From Minisyncoccota bacterium (lineage in GTDB: Bacteria; Patescibacteriota; Minisyncoccia; Phycocordibacterales; Phycocordibacteraceae): DNA of 64,000 bases. The notes beneath the pieces are model-generated. The model saw nothing but the letters and a program-made list of their open reading frames with translations. It did no database searches and was not told the origin of the DNA. Both the position numbers and the translations under genes were made by a program. Each line of letters begins with the position of its first letter. Positions within the stretch are counted from its first letter, which is position 1. The stretch lies in the NCBI GenBank assembly GCA_022842585.1, contig JALHPI010000001.1, forward strand, positions 2,298 to 66,297, written 5' to 3'. Shown here one piece after another: positions 45,469-55,891 of the stretch.

Positions 45469-46754
45469 GCGACGAGCTCGTCCGCGACCTTATATATGTC
45501 GCCGGCGCCCATGGTCATGACGATATCGCCCCCGCTTGGTTCCGTTTCAAAGTACCGGCGGATTTCCATAAAGTCCGCAGGTTTTGCCTCTACCCCGTTT
45601 TTTTCTATCGCTTCTGCAAGTGTTGCGTTTGAAACCGTTCCATCGTCTACTTCCCGCGCGGCATAGATAGGCGCAATCAGGACACGGTCAGCGTCCGAAA
45701 ATGCGTGAGCGAATCCTTCAAAGAGGTCGCGGGTACGACTATAGAGATGCGGATGAAACGCAACATATATCTTCCCGTTAGATGACCTCTCGCGGGATTT
45801 CTTCTTCAGTTCTGCAAGGGTCTTTGCGATTGCGGTTGGATGATGTGCGTAGTCGTCGTACACATCCGCACCACGCTTCGTCTTCCCCTTATATTCAAAA
45901 CGGCGCCACGTGCCGGTAAAGCTTTTAAGGCTTTCCGTAATGGTTGATTCCGACACTTCGGGATACATGGCGCGCGCCGCGGCCGCGGCCGCGCGCGCAT
46001 TATCCGCATTAAACTCACCCGGAAGAGAGAGCTCATATAAGCCTTCGCTCCGGTAGTCCACAATCCGCGCGGAAAGTCCGACCAAGAGCGGTGCGATATT
46101 TTCGTGCGTCGCGTCCGTGACTATAGTCTCGGCCTTTTCCATAAGCGTACGAAATGCGCTCTGCACGTCAGCGAGGTCTTTATAGTAGTCGGTATGATCA
46201 AACTCTATATTCGTCACGACGAGAATCTCCGGCGCAAGCGTGAGAAAGTCGCGCTTATACTCACACGCCTCAACGACAAAAATATCGGACTCCCCTCCAA
46301 GATAGTTGCTTTCAAAATCACGCACAATCGAGCCGACGACCGCTGATGGGGATGCGCCTGCGTCTTTAAGGATGCGCGCGGTCATCGCCGTCGTCGTCGT
46401 TTTGCCATGCGTGCCGGCGACCGCAATAGTCCGTTTTCCTGCCGAAACGTCGCCGAGCGCTTCAAAGTAAGACGACTGCGGGAGACCGAGTTCTGTAGCA
46501 CGCACGCGCTCCGGATTGTCTTTCCACGCGGCTTCCGTATATATGACGAGCGTCGCGTCCGTAGGTACATTCTCCGCCTTTTGTCCTATCGTTACGGTAA
46601 TGCCTTTTTTTGCGAGCAGTTCGGTCGTAGGGCTTTCCTCCCTGTCGCTCCCCGATACGTGCCATCCAGCATCCTGCAAGAGCTGCGCAAGCGCGCTCAT
46701 GCCAATACCGCCAATGCCGATACAGTAGGCCTTTTTTCCACTCATTCCGTTCAC
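45465..46754 (-). CDS. murC: UDP-N-acetylmuramate--L-alanine ligase
   Basis: 429 aa. CIGIGGIGMSALAQLL and GTHGKTTTT Mur-ligase motifs. Confidence 0.9.
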   Translation of the reverse strand: MNGMSGKKAYCIGIGGIGMSALAQLLQDAGWHVSGSDREESPTTELLAKKGITVTIGQKAENVPTDATLVIYTEAAWKDNPERVRATELGLPQSSYFEALGDVSAGKRTIAVAGTHGKTTTTAMTARILKDAGASPSAVVGSIVRDFESNYLGGESDIFVVEACEYKRDFLTLAPEILVVTNIEFDHTDYYKDLADVQSAFRTLMEKAETIVTDATHENIAPLLVGLSARIVDYRSEGLYELSLPGEFNADNARAAAAAARAMYPEVSESTITESLKSFTGTWRRFEYKGKTKRGADVYDDYAHHPTAIAKTLAELKKKSRERSSNGKIYVAFHPHLYSRTRDLFEGFAHAFSDADRVLIAPIYAAREVDDGTVSNATLAEAIEKNGVEAKPADFMEIRRYFETEPSGGDIVMTMGAGDIYKVADELVA

Positions 46755-47512
46755 TCTAGCACTTCGATGCGTACGGCGGTATCCGGAAAGAATCGCGCTA
46801 CCGTCTCTCGAAATATCGGTGAGTCTTCACTTATGAGAAAGCGCATCTCTCCGTTCCCGGTCTCGCGCGGCCACCACTGCCGCTCCACGCGGAGCGCTAC
46901 CGCTTCTGCAGGGTCGTACACCGACAGAGATGACCCGAGTACATCCTTAAACACATCCTGTACGAGCGGATAGTGGGTGCAGGCGAGTACGACGGTGTCA
47001 TAGGCGTTCGTATCGATTCCCTCAAAGCCGCTTCGTATGATTGATTCAATTTCTTCACGCGATACACCCCGTTCTATCGCACCTGCAAGCGCTGGAAGTG
47101 CGAGCATGTGTACCTCCTTCCCTATCATTCGAAAGGCATTCTGGTACACCTCGGAGCGTATGGTCGCTTCAGTCGCACACAGAAGCACGCGCTCGGACGA
47201 TTCGCGAAAATGTGCGACCGTAGGTCCGACCATTTCTATAAGCCGTTCGGGTGGGAGTGCCATCGCATCAAAGAGTGAGACTGCAAGAGATGCGGACACG
47301 CTATTGCACGCAGAAAGGATGCTGGTGGCTTTTTCTCGCGCAAGGATTCGTATGGCTTCGATGGTGAGTGTGGTGAGTTCTTCGCGCGACTTTCCGCCAT
47401 AGGGCGCATGCTTCGTGTCCCCAAAGTACACGACGTCGACTGAAGGCAACCGTTTCTTGAGTGCGGAAAGAACCGTAAGTCCGCCCACTCCGGAATCGAA
47501 TATGCCTATCAT
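46751..47512 (-). CDS. murI: Glutamate racemase
   Basis: 253 aa. IGIFDSGVGGLTV, catalytic-Cys region SACNSVS and VLACTHYPL. Confidence 0.88.
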   Translation of the reverse strand: MIGIFDSGVGGLTVLSALKKRLPSVDVVYFGDTKHAPYGGKSREELTTLTIEAIRILAREKATSILSACNSVSASLAVSLFDAMALPPERLIEMVGPTVAHFRESSERVLLCATEATIRSEVYQNAFRMIGKEVHMLALPALAGAIERGVSREEIESIIRSGFEGIDTNAYDTVVLACTHYPLVQDVFKDVLGSSLSVYDPAEAVALRVERQWWPRETGNGEMRFLISEDSPIFRETVARFFPDTAVRIEVLE

Positions 47513-47515
47513 GAC

Positions 47516-48847
47516 TTAGAGAGCTTGTACGAGTGCATTGAACTGATCTCCCCGTTCGTATTCGTTTTTAAACATCCCAAAGGACGCGAACGCAGGAGAC
47601 AGGAGGACGATGTCTCCAGAGGATGCGCTTTTGACTGCTTCTGTAAATGCCGCAGGGAGCGAGTCATACACTGACGCTCCCTCTAAGTATTGCAGTACGC
47701 GAGCGGTACCGGTACCTGAAAGCATAATGATGCGTTTCGTACGCTTCTGTACTTCAACGAGAAGACGATTCATATCAAGCCCTTTGTCGGACCCGCCCAT
47801 GATAAGGACAATATTTTTGGTGCCGGTATCAAGCGCCTCAAGGGCGGCAAGCGCTGCTTCAGGGGTGGTTGAGGTAGTGTCATTATAAAATTTCACCCCA
47901 TCCTTTTCGCGCACAAGCTCGAGACGCCCCGGAACCCCGAGAAATGTTGCAAGCGCGCGGAGCGCTTCTTCCCGCTCTACGCCAAACGCAAGGACGGCCT
48001 CAAGCGCGCACGCTGCGTCCATGCGGTTATGGGTGCCTGGGATGATGAGCGTTCCTTCTGGTACTACCTCAGGCGAAGCCACTACTACCGCAGATACTAT
48101 CGCTTTTCGATAGAGCGGTTCAAGCAACGGTACGACCTGTTCACCAAGCACCAGCGTATCGTCCGGGCCTTGATGCAGGAATATCTCTGCCTTGTCGGCA
48201 AGATACGTATCCATATCCGGATAGTAGTCCTGATGGTCGGGGAAAAAAGTCGTAAACACGGCGATATGCGGAGAAAGCTCTTCGGCACGAAATCCTTGCA
48301 GCTGCCATGAATCAAGCTCTAAGACCGCAACGGTTCCTGGAGTGACGTCTGGAAGGAGTGCGAGCGTTGAGACCCCTCGAGTATTTCCCCCAAGCAGGAC
48401 CTTCTTCCCCGTCGTCTTTAGGATATGCTCAATCATTTGAGTCGTCGTGGTCTTGCCGCGCGTACCGGTAATGCCGATAATCGCCGCACCGTGTTCACGG
48501 GCAAAGCGTGCAAAGAGCGCCGTGGACATAGTGACCGGAATACCGTGTGTTTCCGCTTCTGCTACATAGACGGAGTCAAGCGGAGTGTTCGGGGCTTTCA
48601 GTATCAAATCGCGGTCGCGAAAGTCTTCGAGCCGATGCTCCCCGAGCACGAAGCGAATATTCGAAAACTCCTTAAGCGCTTCAAGCGAAGGGGCGAGTGC
48701 CTCTGCGCTCTTTAAATCAGTAACAATAAGCTCGGCACCCTGTGACGCGAGAAAACGCACGTCCCCCACCCCGCGTCCAAGCAGGCCTAGGCCCATAACG
48801 GTTATCTTCTTTCCTGCAAAATATCCTGATACATCCATTCGATGCAT
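47516..48847 (-). CDS. murD: UDP-N-acetylmuramoylalanine--D-glutamate ligase
   Basis: 443 aa. GITGTRGKTTTT and a Mur-ligase C-domain. Confidence 0.88.
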   Translation of the reverse strand: MHRMDVSGYFAGKKITVMGLGLLGRGVGDVRFLASQGAELIVTDLKSAEALAPSLEALKEFSNIRFVLGEHRLEDFRDRDLILKAPNTPLDSVYVAEAETHGIPVTMSTALFARFAREHGAAIIGITGTRGKTTTTQMIEHILKTTGKKVLLGGNTRGVSTLALLPDVTPGTVAVLELDSWQLQGFRAEELSPHIAVFTTFFPDHQDYYPDMDTYLADKAEIFLHQGPDDTLVLGEQVVPLLEPLYRKAIVSAVVVASPEVVPEGTLIIPGTHNRMDAACALEAVLAFGVEREEALRALATFLGVPGRLELVREKDGVKFYNDTTSTTPEAALAALEALDTGTKNIVLIMGGSDKGLDMNRLLVEVQKRTKRIIMLSGTGTARVLQYLEGASVYDSLPAAFTEAVKSASSGDIVLLSPAFASFGMFKNEYERGDQFNALVQAL

Positions 48848-48880
48848 CGTAACGTACGAATCAAAAAATACGAACTTCTC

Positions 48881-49381
48881 TTAGGTACACTCCTCTACGA
48901 CCGTCTTCTCCTCGCGCGTAAGGGGGAGACTTGATTTTTCTACCACCACGATTTGGAATGGGCTCGTAATAGCGTTAGTCGTCATGCAAGTTTCCCCGGG
49001 TTCAGTACGTACGAGCGAGACTGTACGAGCGCCTCCTTTCACATCAACCACTGAAACGATGGAAACGCCGTACCCTCCCGTAACGTGAGTACCGTCAAAT
49101 ACGGCGATGACTTCCTTGGTGTTGAAATCAACGGTCGTAGGCGCGCCAGTGCCGTGTACTAACTTCCATAACTCCTCAAGTTGTTCCTGTGTCTTGATAC
49201 GATAATTCTTACGCTCGGTAATGGCACCTGAGTTTGCGCCTTGGTCGAGCACACTCATCGACACCACTCCGTTCTGTGTTTTCTCCGGAAATACGCTATC
49301 TCCGGAAAAATACAGCCATGCACCAAGAAGCATCGCCGCGGCACAGGCAACACCGATGATTAGGATGTCTTTCATTACCAA
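48881..49381 (-). CDS. Hypothetical exported protein with an N-terminal signal-anchor
   Basis: 166 aa. N-terminal hydrophobic helix ILIIGVACAAAMLLGAWLYF, then a soluble beta-rich domain. Confidence 0.5.
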   Translation of the reverse strand: MVMKDILIIGVACAAAMLLGAWLYFSGDSVFPEKTQNGVVSMSVLDQGANSGAITERKNYRIKTQEQLEELWKLVHGTGAPTTVDFNTKEVIAVFDGTHVTGGYGVSIVSVVDVKGGARTVSLVRTEPGETCMTTNAITSPFQIVVVEKSSLPLTREEKTVVEECT

Positions 49382-49564
49382 CCAGTATAGCGCCCTTTAG
49401 AGGCGCTATACTTCTATCCTGTATACAATCCTCTGCCTCGCGAGTATCAGTCGAGGTGTAGCCTTTGGCCTGCGTGTTTTGTGTGCTGTGTGCACGCTCT
49501 AGGATATCGATACCTTGAACGATCGTTATCCGAGGCGACCCATTCTCCCGCTACAAAACGTATA

Positions 49565-49640
49565 TGGTGCACGCTCTAGGATTCGAACCTAGGACCGCTC
49601 GAGTATCAGTCGAGTGCTCTACCAACTGAGCTAAGCGTGC
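49565..49640 (-). tRNA. tRNA-Ile (anticodon GAU), CCA encoded
   Basis: Minus-strand sequence GCACGCUUAGCUCAGUUGGUAGAGCACUCGACUGAUACUCGAGCGGUCCUAGGUUCGAAUCCUAGAGCGUGCACCA folds as a cloverleaf. 7-bp acceptor, GCUC/GAGC D-stem, CUCGA/UCGAG anticodon stem with loop CUGAUAC, and T-arm CUAGG-UUCGAAU-CCUAG. Confidence 0.85.
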
Positions 49641-50011
49641 AATTTTCGCATCCTACTATCAATCGAGCCGAGGGACAAGCGTATGCATACGCTTGTCCGA
49701 GGCGAATGCAGATAGGAAGCTCTGCTTACCAGAAATCCCCACCCACTTCCACCCCTCGGACGTGAGGCTGATATAGTGCAGGAAGTGAAGGTCCACCGCG
49801 GAAGATCGCGTGAATCAAAAACCAGGAGAGCGTGGGTAGTTCAAGAATCTACCCCCGAAGAGAAATATCGTCGACATAAGAACAAAAAACGCATCTGGAG
49901 AAGATGCGTTTTGCGTTTATCACAACAGATGCAAGCTGCACCAACGACTCTTGTGCTTAGCGTATAGCAAAAGCCCCCATACGGGGGCTTTTGTTTATCT
50001 GTACCAAAATA

Positions 50012-51650
<1,639 letters not shown>

Positions 51651-51651
<1 letters not shown>

Positions 51652-51669
51652 AATAGGCGGAACACAAGA
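51651..51669. repeat. 5' arm of a 19-bp perfect leader/trailer complementarity flanking the 16S gene. The partner is at 50030-50048. Candidate RNase III processing stem.
   Basis: The plus strand at 51651-51669 (GAATAGGCGGAACACAAGA) is the exact reverse complement of the plus strand at 50030-50048. Confidence 0.7.
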
Positions 51670-51879
51670 ATTCACTTGCTTTCCTACCTTTATTTTTGGT
51701 CTCTATTTTATTGTCAAAGAGCGAACAAAATGCCCACCCCCACATGGGGGCGATAGGAAGATACTACCCTTCTGAAGGAAGTGCGTCAAGTCCTTATTTG
51801 ACGGCCTATATACAGTCCCGTATGGTGACCCTACGGTCGGATAAAGACCGGGAATCTAGCACAGAAAGGAGGCAGGTCT

Positions 51880-52206
51880 ATGGGAGGCCATGCACTCTAT
51901 CCCTTCTTTGAAACTGAGACTGATTTGGAGGCGACGAGGTTGCAAGTAGGCGATATCATCGCCTACGACCCGCAACAAGGGTTCCGTATCGAGCGAAACG
52001 GCAAACCGCTTTGGTTTGAAATCCCGCGCACAGAAGAGCGGCTTCAATGCTTCAAGCCGCCTTGGATGTACTCGACTATGGATGCTGCGGCAAACATTAT
52101 CGCCCGGCACGACGGATTATGGTCGCGCTGCATCCTACAAGGGTATACCCCGCCTGCGGGGTTCACCGGAACTGATGCGTGGGGCGTCGTCGCTCCTCCG
52201 GACTAG
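51880..52206 (+). CDS. Hypothetical protein (108 aa), divergent from the 16S gene
   Basis: AAAGGAGG RBS at 51866-51873, 6-7 nt before the ATG. A candidate terminator hairpin lies at about 52240-52275 (GCGGCAAGCC-AAT-GGCTTGCCGC). Confidence 0.45.
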   Translation: MGGHALYPFFETETDLEATRLQVGDIIAYDPQQGFRIERNGKPLWFEIPRTEERLQCFKPPWMYSTMDAAANIIARHDGLWSRCILQGYTPPAGFTGTDAWGVVAPPD

Positions 52207-52355
52207 AGGCAGGTTTCAAGGAAGTTCGCATCAATGTGCGGCAAGCCAATGGCTTGCCGCACACTTTTGTATCTTGCAAGACATATTTCGCATTTGGCAA
52301 AGTTGCACGAGGGGCGCGAAACGATATAGTAGGAGGAGCCGTCAAACCTTTGCCT

Positions 52356-53051
52356 ATGTTACGCCCCAAGCGTGAGTATGTGGTCGTGTCCGTCGGAGGG
52401 TCTTTAATAGTCCCTGACGAAATCGATACGCAATTTCTACGAAACCTGCGTACGCTGGTAACTAAAAAAGTTGGCGAAGGCTTTGGATTCTACATTATCG
52501 CGGGCGGAGGAAAGCTCGCTCGCCGCTACCAAGACGCCGCGAAGGAAGCACGTGGCGATTTAACGAATGATGACGCCGACTGGCTTGGTATCCACTCGAC
52601 GCGCCTGAACGCGCATCTCTTGCGCACGCTCTTCCTCGAAGAAGCACAGGATCGAATCGTAAAAAACCCGACGCGCGCCGTAAACACCAAATATCCGGTC
52701 ATCGTCGGGAGCGGCTGGAAGCCAGGCAACTCCACCGACTACTGCGCGGTGATGGCTGCAAAGAAGCTTGGCGCGAAGAAGCTCGTAAATCTTTCAAATA
52801 TTGATTACGTCTATACCGCAGACCCGAGAAAAGACGAGTCTGCGACAAGGATTGAGAAGACGACATGGGCTGAGTTTCGAAAGCTCATCCCGAAAGAATG
52901 GGATCCTGGACTCTCTTCCCCGTTTGACCCTGTCGCCGCAAAAGAAGCGGACGCTATGGGACTTGAAGTAGCGGTCATAAACGGCGCAAAGCTCGAAGAG
53001 TTGGAGAACTACATTTCCGGGAAGCCTTTTGTAGGAACAGTCATTAAATAA
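52356..53051 (+). CDS. pyrH: UMP kinase (amino-acid-kinase family)
   Basis: About 232 aa from the MLRPKREYVVVSVGGSLIV start. GFYIIAGGGKLARRY, DWLGIHSTRLNA. The listed ORF (52179) has a non-conserved 59-aa extension. Confidence 0.6.
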   Translation: MLRPKREYVVVSVGGSLIVPDEIDTQFLRNLRTLVTKKVGEGFGFYIIAGGGKLARRYQDAAKEARGDLTNDDADWLGIHSTRLNAHLLRTLFLEEAQDRIVKNPTRAVNTKYPVIVGSGWKPGNSTDYCAVMAAKKLGAKKLVNLSNIDYVYTADPRKDESATRIEKTTWAEFRKLIPKEWDPGLSSPFDPVAAKEADAMGLEVAVINGAKLEELENYISGKPFVGTVIK

Positions 53052-53059
53052 TTACAGTA

Positions 53060-53090
53060 AAAACCGGCAACGCGCATGCGTCGCCGGTCT
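53060..53090. terminator. Bidirectional hairpin (ACCGGCAACGCGC-ATG-CGTCGCCGGT) between convergent pyrH and the Zn-ribbon gene
   Basis: The minus strand follows with TTTTTACTG; the plus-strand T-run is weaker. Confidence 0.55.
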
Positions 53091-53109
53091 TTCCTCCCCT
53101 TCTCGTCCG

Positions 53110-53310
53110 TTAGAACGTGAAGCGATGCTCGTGCCCACACAAAACACAGATGTATTGCCCGTTCGGGTTCTCATCTATGGATGGTTCGGAACATCCACTA
53201 CAAGGTCGAGTTATAGGAATCTCCCATGTATTTGAGAATCGGCGGATTGTTTTACCACCAACCTCTCGTTGCATGCTTAATTCCGGAACCCGTGCTCGTG
53301 CCTGCTCCAT
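53110..53310 (-). CDS. Small Zn-ribbon protein (66 aa; CSGC...CVLCGHEH)
   Basis: Two CxxC pairs 22 aa apart. A downstream terminator on the same strand. Confidence 0.45.
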   Translation of the reverse strand: MEQARARVPELSMQREVGGKTIRRFSNTWEIPITRPCSGCSEPSIDENPNGQYICVLCGHEHRFTF

Positions 53311-53603
53311 ATCTCTATCTCCGTTATAGGGCAGCTAATGAACTACTTGGTTTTGTCAGGATCTCGCGCCTGAGACGTGGCGCGGGAAATACCCGCCATG
53401 TCTCATGCGTAAGTGTCCGCAAAACTATGCGTCGCATAGTTTTGCTTCCCTTAAACGCAAAACCCCTCCGCATGGAGGGGGTTGGCTTGATGGGGTGGGC
53501 TAGCTAGCGCGCATCAAAACAATCCTCTCCTGCCGAGGGGCGTGTAAACCAATACCAGAACGCGCTGAACTGCTTTTGCATGTAGGAGGAGTATATCAGC
53601 GGC

Positions 53604-54068
53604 TTAGGAGTCTGCAAGTTCGTTCAGCGCCTCCATCGCATACCGGCGCACTCGTGGCCATACTTGAAAGGTTGGGTCGTTAAGTTCTTTTTTGGTAAAC
53701 CAACGAATTTCTACCTCTTTTTCTCCTGCGTCTGGTGTGATACTGCGTGTGTTTGAACGTGCAAAATAGGCACAAGAGACGTGCTCGTGTGTTTCATTTA
53801 TACGATGACGATTAATGAACCTTGGCGGGAGTACTTCTTTGTCACCATCATGTAAGTCGGTAAGTCGATTGCCTACAAGCGTAATGTCGATTCCTACTTC
53901 TTCTTTTGCTTCGCGGATAGCTGCCTCTTCCATGTCTTCATCAAGTTCAACATGCCCTCCTGGGGGAAGCCAGGTATCGTACTTATCATGAAAACGGAGC
54001 AGAACTGCATCCCCATTCACAATGTATGCATCGGCGCAGAAATCAATCTTCTCGTGAATATGTGGCAT
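53604..54068 (-). CDS. NUDIX hydrolase
   Basis: 154 aa. Canonical Nudix box GGHVELDEDMEEAAIREAKEEVGI. A hairpin terminator (CCCCTCC-GCAT-GGAGGGG) lies at about 53466-53485 downstream. Confidence 0.8.
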   Translation of the reverse strand: MPHIHEKIDFCADAYIVNGDAVLLRFHDKYDTWLPPGGHVELDEDMEEAAIREAKEEVGIDITLVGNRLTDLHDGDKEVLPPRFINRHRINETHEHVSCAYFARSNTRSITPDAGEKEVEIRWFTKKELNDPTFQVWPRVRRYAMEALNELADS

Positions 54069-54070
54069 AG

Positions 54071-54418
54071 CTAGTCTCCGTACATTTCGGACCGAACTTT
54101 GACGAGTTCGGAAATTACGCTTGGGTCAGTAATTTTCTGAAACCGTTTAAAGGTCTTCCCTTCCTTGGTAACGTCTTCCATCCACATAGCAAGCGGGCGT
54201 ACGTCAAACATCCTTCCGTTCTTATACACGAACGCCTCATAGAGCGGACGATAGACCGCAAACAGTGCGTCCTCAGGTCGGCAGTCGTCCTCCGTATGAT
54301 GCCCTACCCCGATAAACTCGTACGCGTAATTATTCACGCTGCCCGAAGGATCGTGTTTGTAGTGGTAGTAGAAGCCCTTTTCCGGTACATCGTTTGGAAC
54401 AGAGTCTTCGTACGCCAT
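54071..54418 (-). CDS. DUF1653-family protein
   Basis: 115 aa. GFYYHYKH...YEFIGVGHHTED...LFAVYRPLY...VRPLAMWMEDV matches the DUF1653 pattern (YRHYKG...Y.VLGVA.HSET...VVY..LY...RPL..F). Confidence 0.55.
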   Translation of the reverse strand: MAYEDSVPNDVPEKGFYYHYKHDPSGSVNNYAYEFIGVGHHTEDDCRPEDALFAVYRPLYEAFVYKNGRMFDVRPLAMWMEDVTKEGKTFKRFQKITDPSVISELVKVRSEMYGD

Positions 54419-54420
54419 GG

Positions 54421-54975
54421 TTATTCTTTCGGAAGATTTGCGAGCGCCTCGTCTATCTGCTGATGCAACTCTTCAACGGTGCCGTTGTTCTGTAGCACCA
54501 CCGTGGACTCACGAAGTGCACCGAAGATATCTTGCTTAGTTGGGTCATCCGGATTGGACTCTGCCTGCTCTTGCGCAAGCCATTTTTCATACGATACCTG
54601 GTCCGTCTCTTGTCCGCGCTTCACGACACGCTCATAGCGCAAATGCGGTTCTGCATCAACACCTATCACGATACCGCCGAGCTCCTTCATCTTCCTAACT
54701 TCCGCAACGGCACGCAGACTCTCAATGATGATGTTTCCTCCCTGCGATTCCGCTTTCTTGTAAAGCGCTTCCACGAGGTACGCGGGGCCGTTTTTTGCGC
54801 GTAAATCATTTGCGACTTCTATCATGGAGTCGCGATTCACCGGCATGCCGCGTCGCTGTATTTCCTCTACTAAGAAGCTTCGTACCGAGTAGTTGGAGAA
54901 CCCCTTAGTCGCTATGAGGTAGTCGGCTACTGCCCCCTTTCCAGCTCCGAACGAACCGGTAAGTCCGACTATCAT
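54421..54975 (-). CDS. P-loop nucleoside/nucleotide kinase (CoaE/dNMP-kinase-like)
   Basis: Start at MIVGLTGSFGAGKG (P-loop). About 184 aa. Confidence 0.55.
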   Translation of the reverse strand: MIVGLTGSFGAGKGAVADYLIATKGFSNYSVRSFLVEEIQRRGMPVNRDSMIEVANDLRAKNGPAYLVEALYKKAESQGGNIIIESLRAVAEVRKMKELGGIVIGVDAEPHLRYERVVKRGQETDQVSYEKWLAQEQAESNPDDPTKQDIFGALRESTVVLQNNGTVEELHQQIDEALANLPKE

Positions 54976-54976
54976 G

Positions 54977-55888
54977 TTATTCCCCCTTCTTGGCGAAGGC
55001 GTGCGCAATCGGAATCAAGATTGGCGCGGAGCGGCAGATGGAGGAGAAGGTTCCTATTATGACACCTACGAGCATCACGAGTGCAAAATCACGCGTCGTT
55101 TCGGGACCGAAGATAATAACCGCAAGTAAGGCGAGTGCGGTCGTCACGGAGGTGTTTATAGAGCGTGCGAGCGTCTGATCAATTGAGATACCTACCGTGG
55201 TTTCAAAATCTTCTTCAAATTTCTTTTCCATATTCAGCTTCAGGCGTTCGCGTATCCGGTCAAAAATGACAATGACATCGTTCACGCAATACCCAAGAAG
55301 CGCCAAGAGCGCTACGACAAAGAGCGCATCTGCCTGCGCACCAGTGAAATACGCATAGGCCGCAAAGAACCCTGCAGGAACGATGATGTCTATCGCAAGC
55401 ATCGCAACGACGACCACGCCATATCCCCAGCTTGGCACCGGCTTTGAAACCTTCCGGAATGCAAACGCGATATAGAGCACAATAGTGAGCATGACCACGC
55501 CAATCGCATAGAGCGCCTTTATCGCAAGCTCACTCCCGAGCGATGGGCCAATGGAACTAAAGCGTGTCTCCGTAAGGGCGTCAGTGCCACCACCTGAAAG
55601 TGCAGTAAGCAGTGCTTCGTGCTCCGTAGGCGTAAGGGTATGAGCGCGAACTACCACACCCGTTTCCCCGCTCTCACGCACCGATGCGTCTCCAAACCCC
55701 GCACTCGTAACGCGGTCCTTAAGCGTCGGAACGTCTGGCCGTGTTTCCTGATAGGCAACTTCGACAAGCGAACCGCCGGTAAAATCTATCGAGAGCGGGA
55801 GACCCAAGAACGTAAGAGCGCCAATAGCCCCTACGAGAATGATGCCCGTAAGCCAGAAGAAGAACGCGCGATATTTGATGATAAGCAT
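54977..55888 (-). CDS. secF: Protein-export membrane protein SecF
   Basis: 303 aa. SecF topology and the SecD/SecF C-terminal TM bundle (IDFTGGSLVEV; LLGYCVNDVIVIFDRIRE). Confidence 0.85.
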   Translation of the reverse strand: MLIIKYRAFFFWLTGIILVGAIGALTFLGLPLSIDFTGGSLVEVAYQETRPDVPTLKDRVTSAGFGDASVRESGETGVVVRAHTLTPTEHEALLTALSGGGTDALTETRFSSIGPSLGSELAIKALYAIGVVMLTIVLYIAFAFRKVSKPVPSWGYGVVVVAMLAIDIIVPAGFFAAYAYFTGAQADALFVVALLALLGYCVNDVIVIFDRIRERLKLNMEKKFEEDFETTVGISIDQTLARSINTSVTTALALLAVIIFGPETTRDFALVMLVGVIIGTFSSICRSAPILIPIAHAFAKKGE

Positions 55889-55891
55889 AGG

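Noticed and set aside
49381-49565. Expected tRNA-Ala after tRNA-Ile
   Set aside because: No cloverleaf with a UGC anticodon or GGGGC...TCC acceptor pattern could be found in the 185 nt before the next CDS, only tRNA-Ile fragments. The window does not show what lies downstream on the minus strand: the gene at 48881..49381 follows immediately.
49776-49967. 63-aa plus-strand ORF in the 16S/tRNA-Ile spacer
   Set aside because: It sits between two terminator hairpins inside the rRNA operon spacer. It has no RBS and its product is basic low-complexity.
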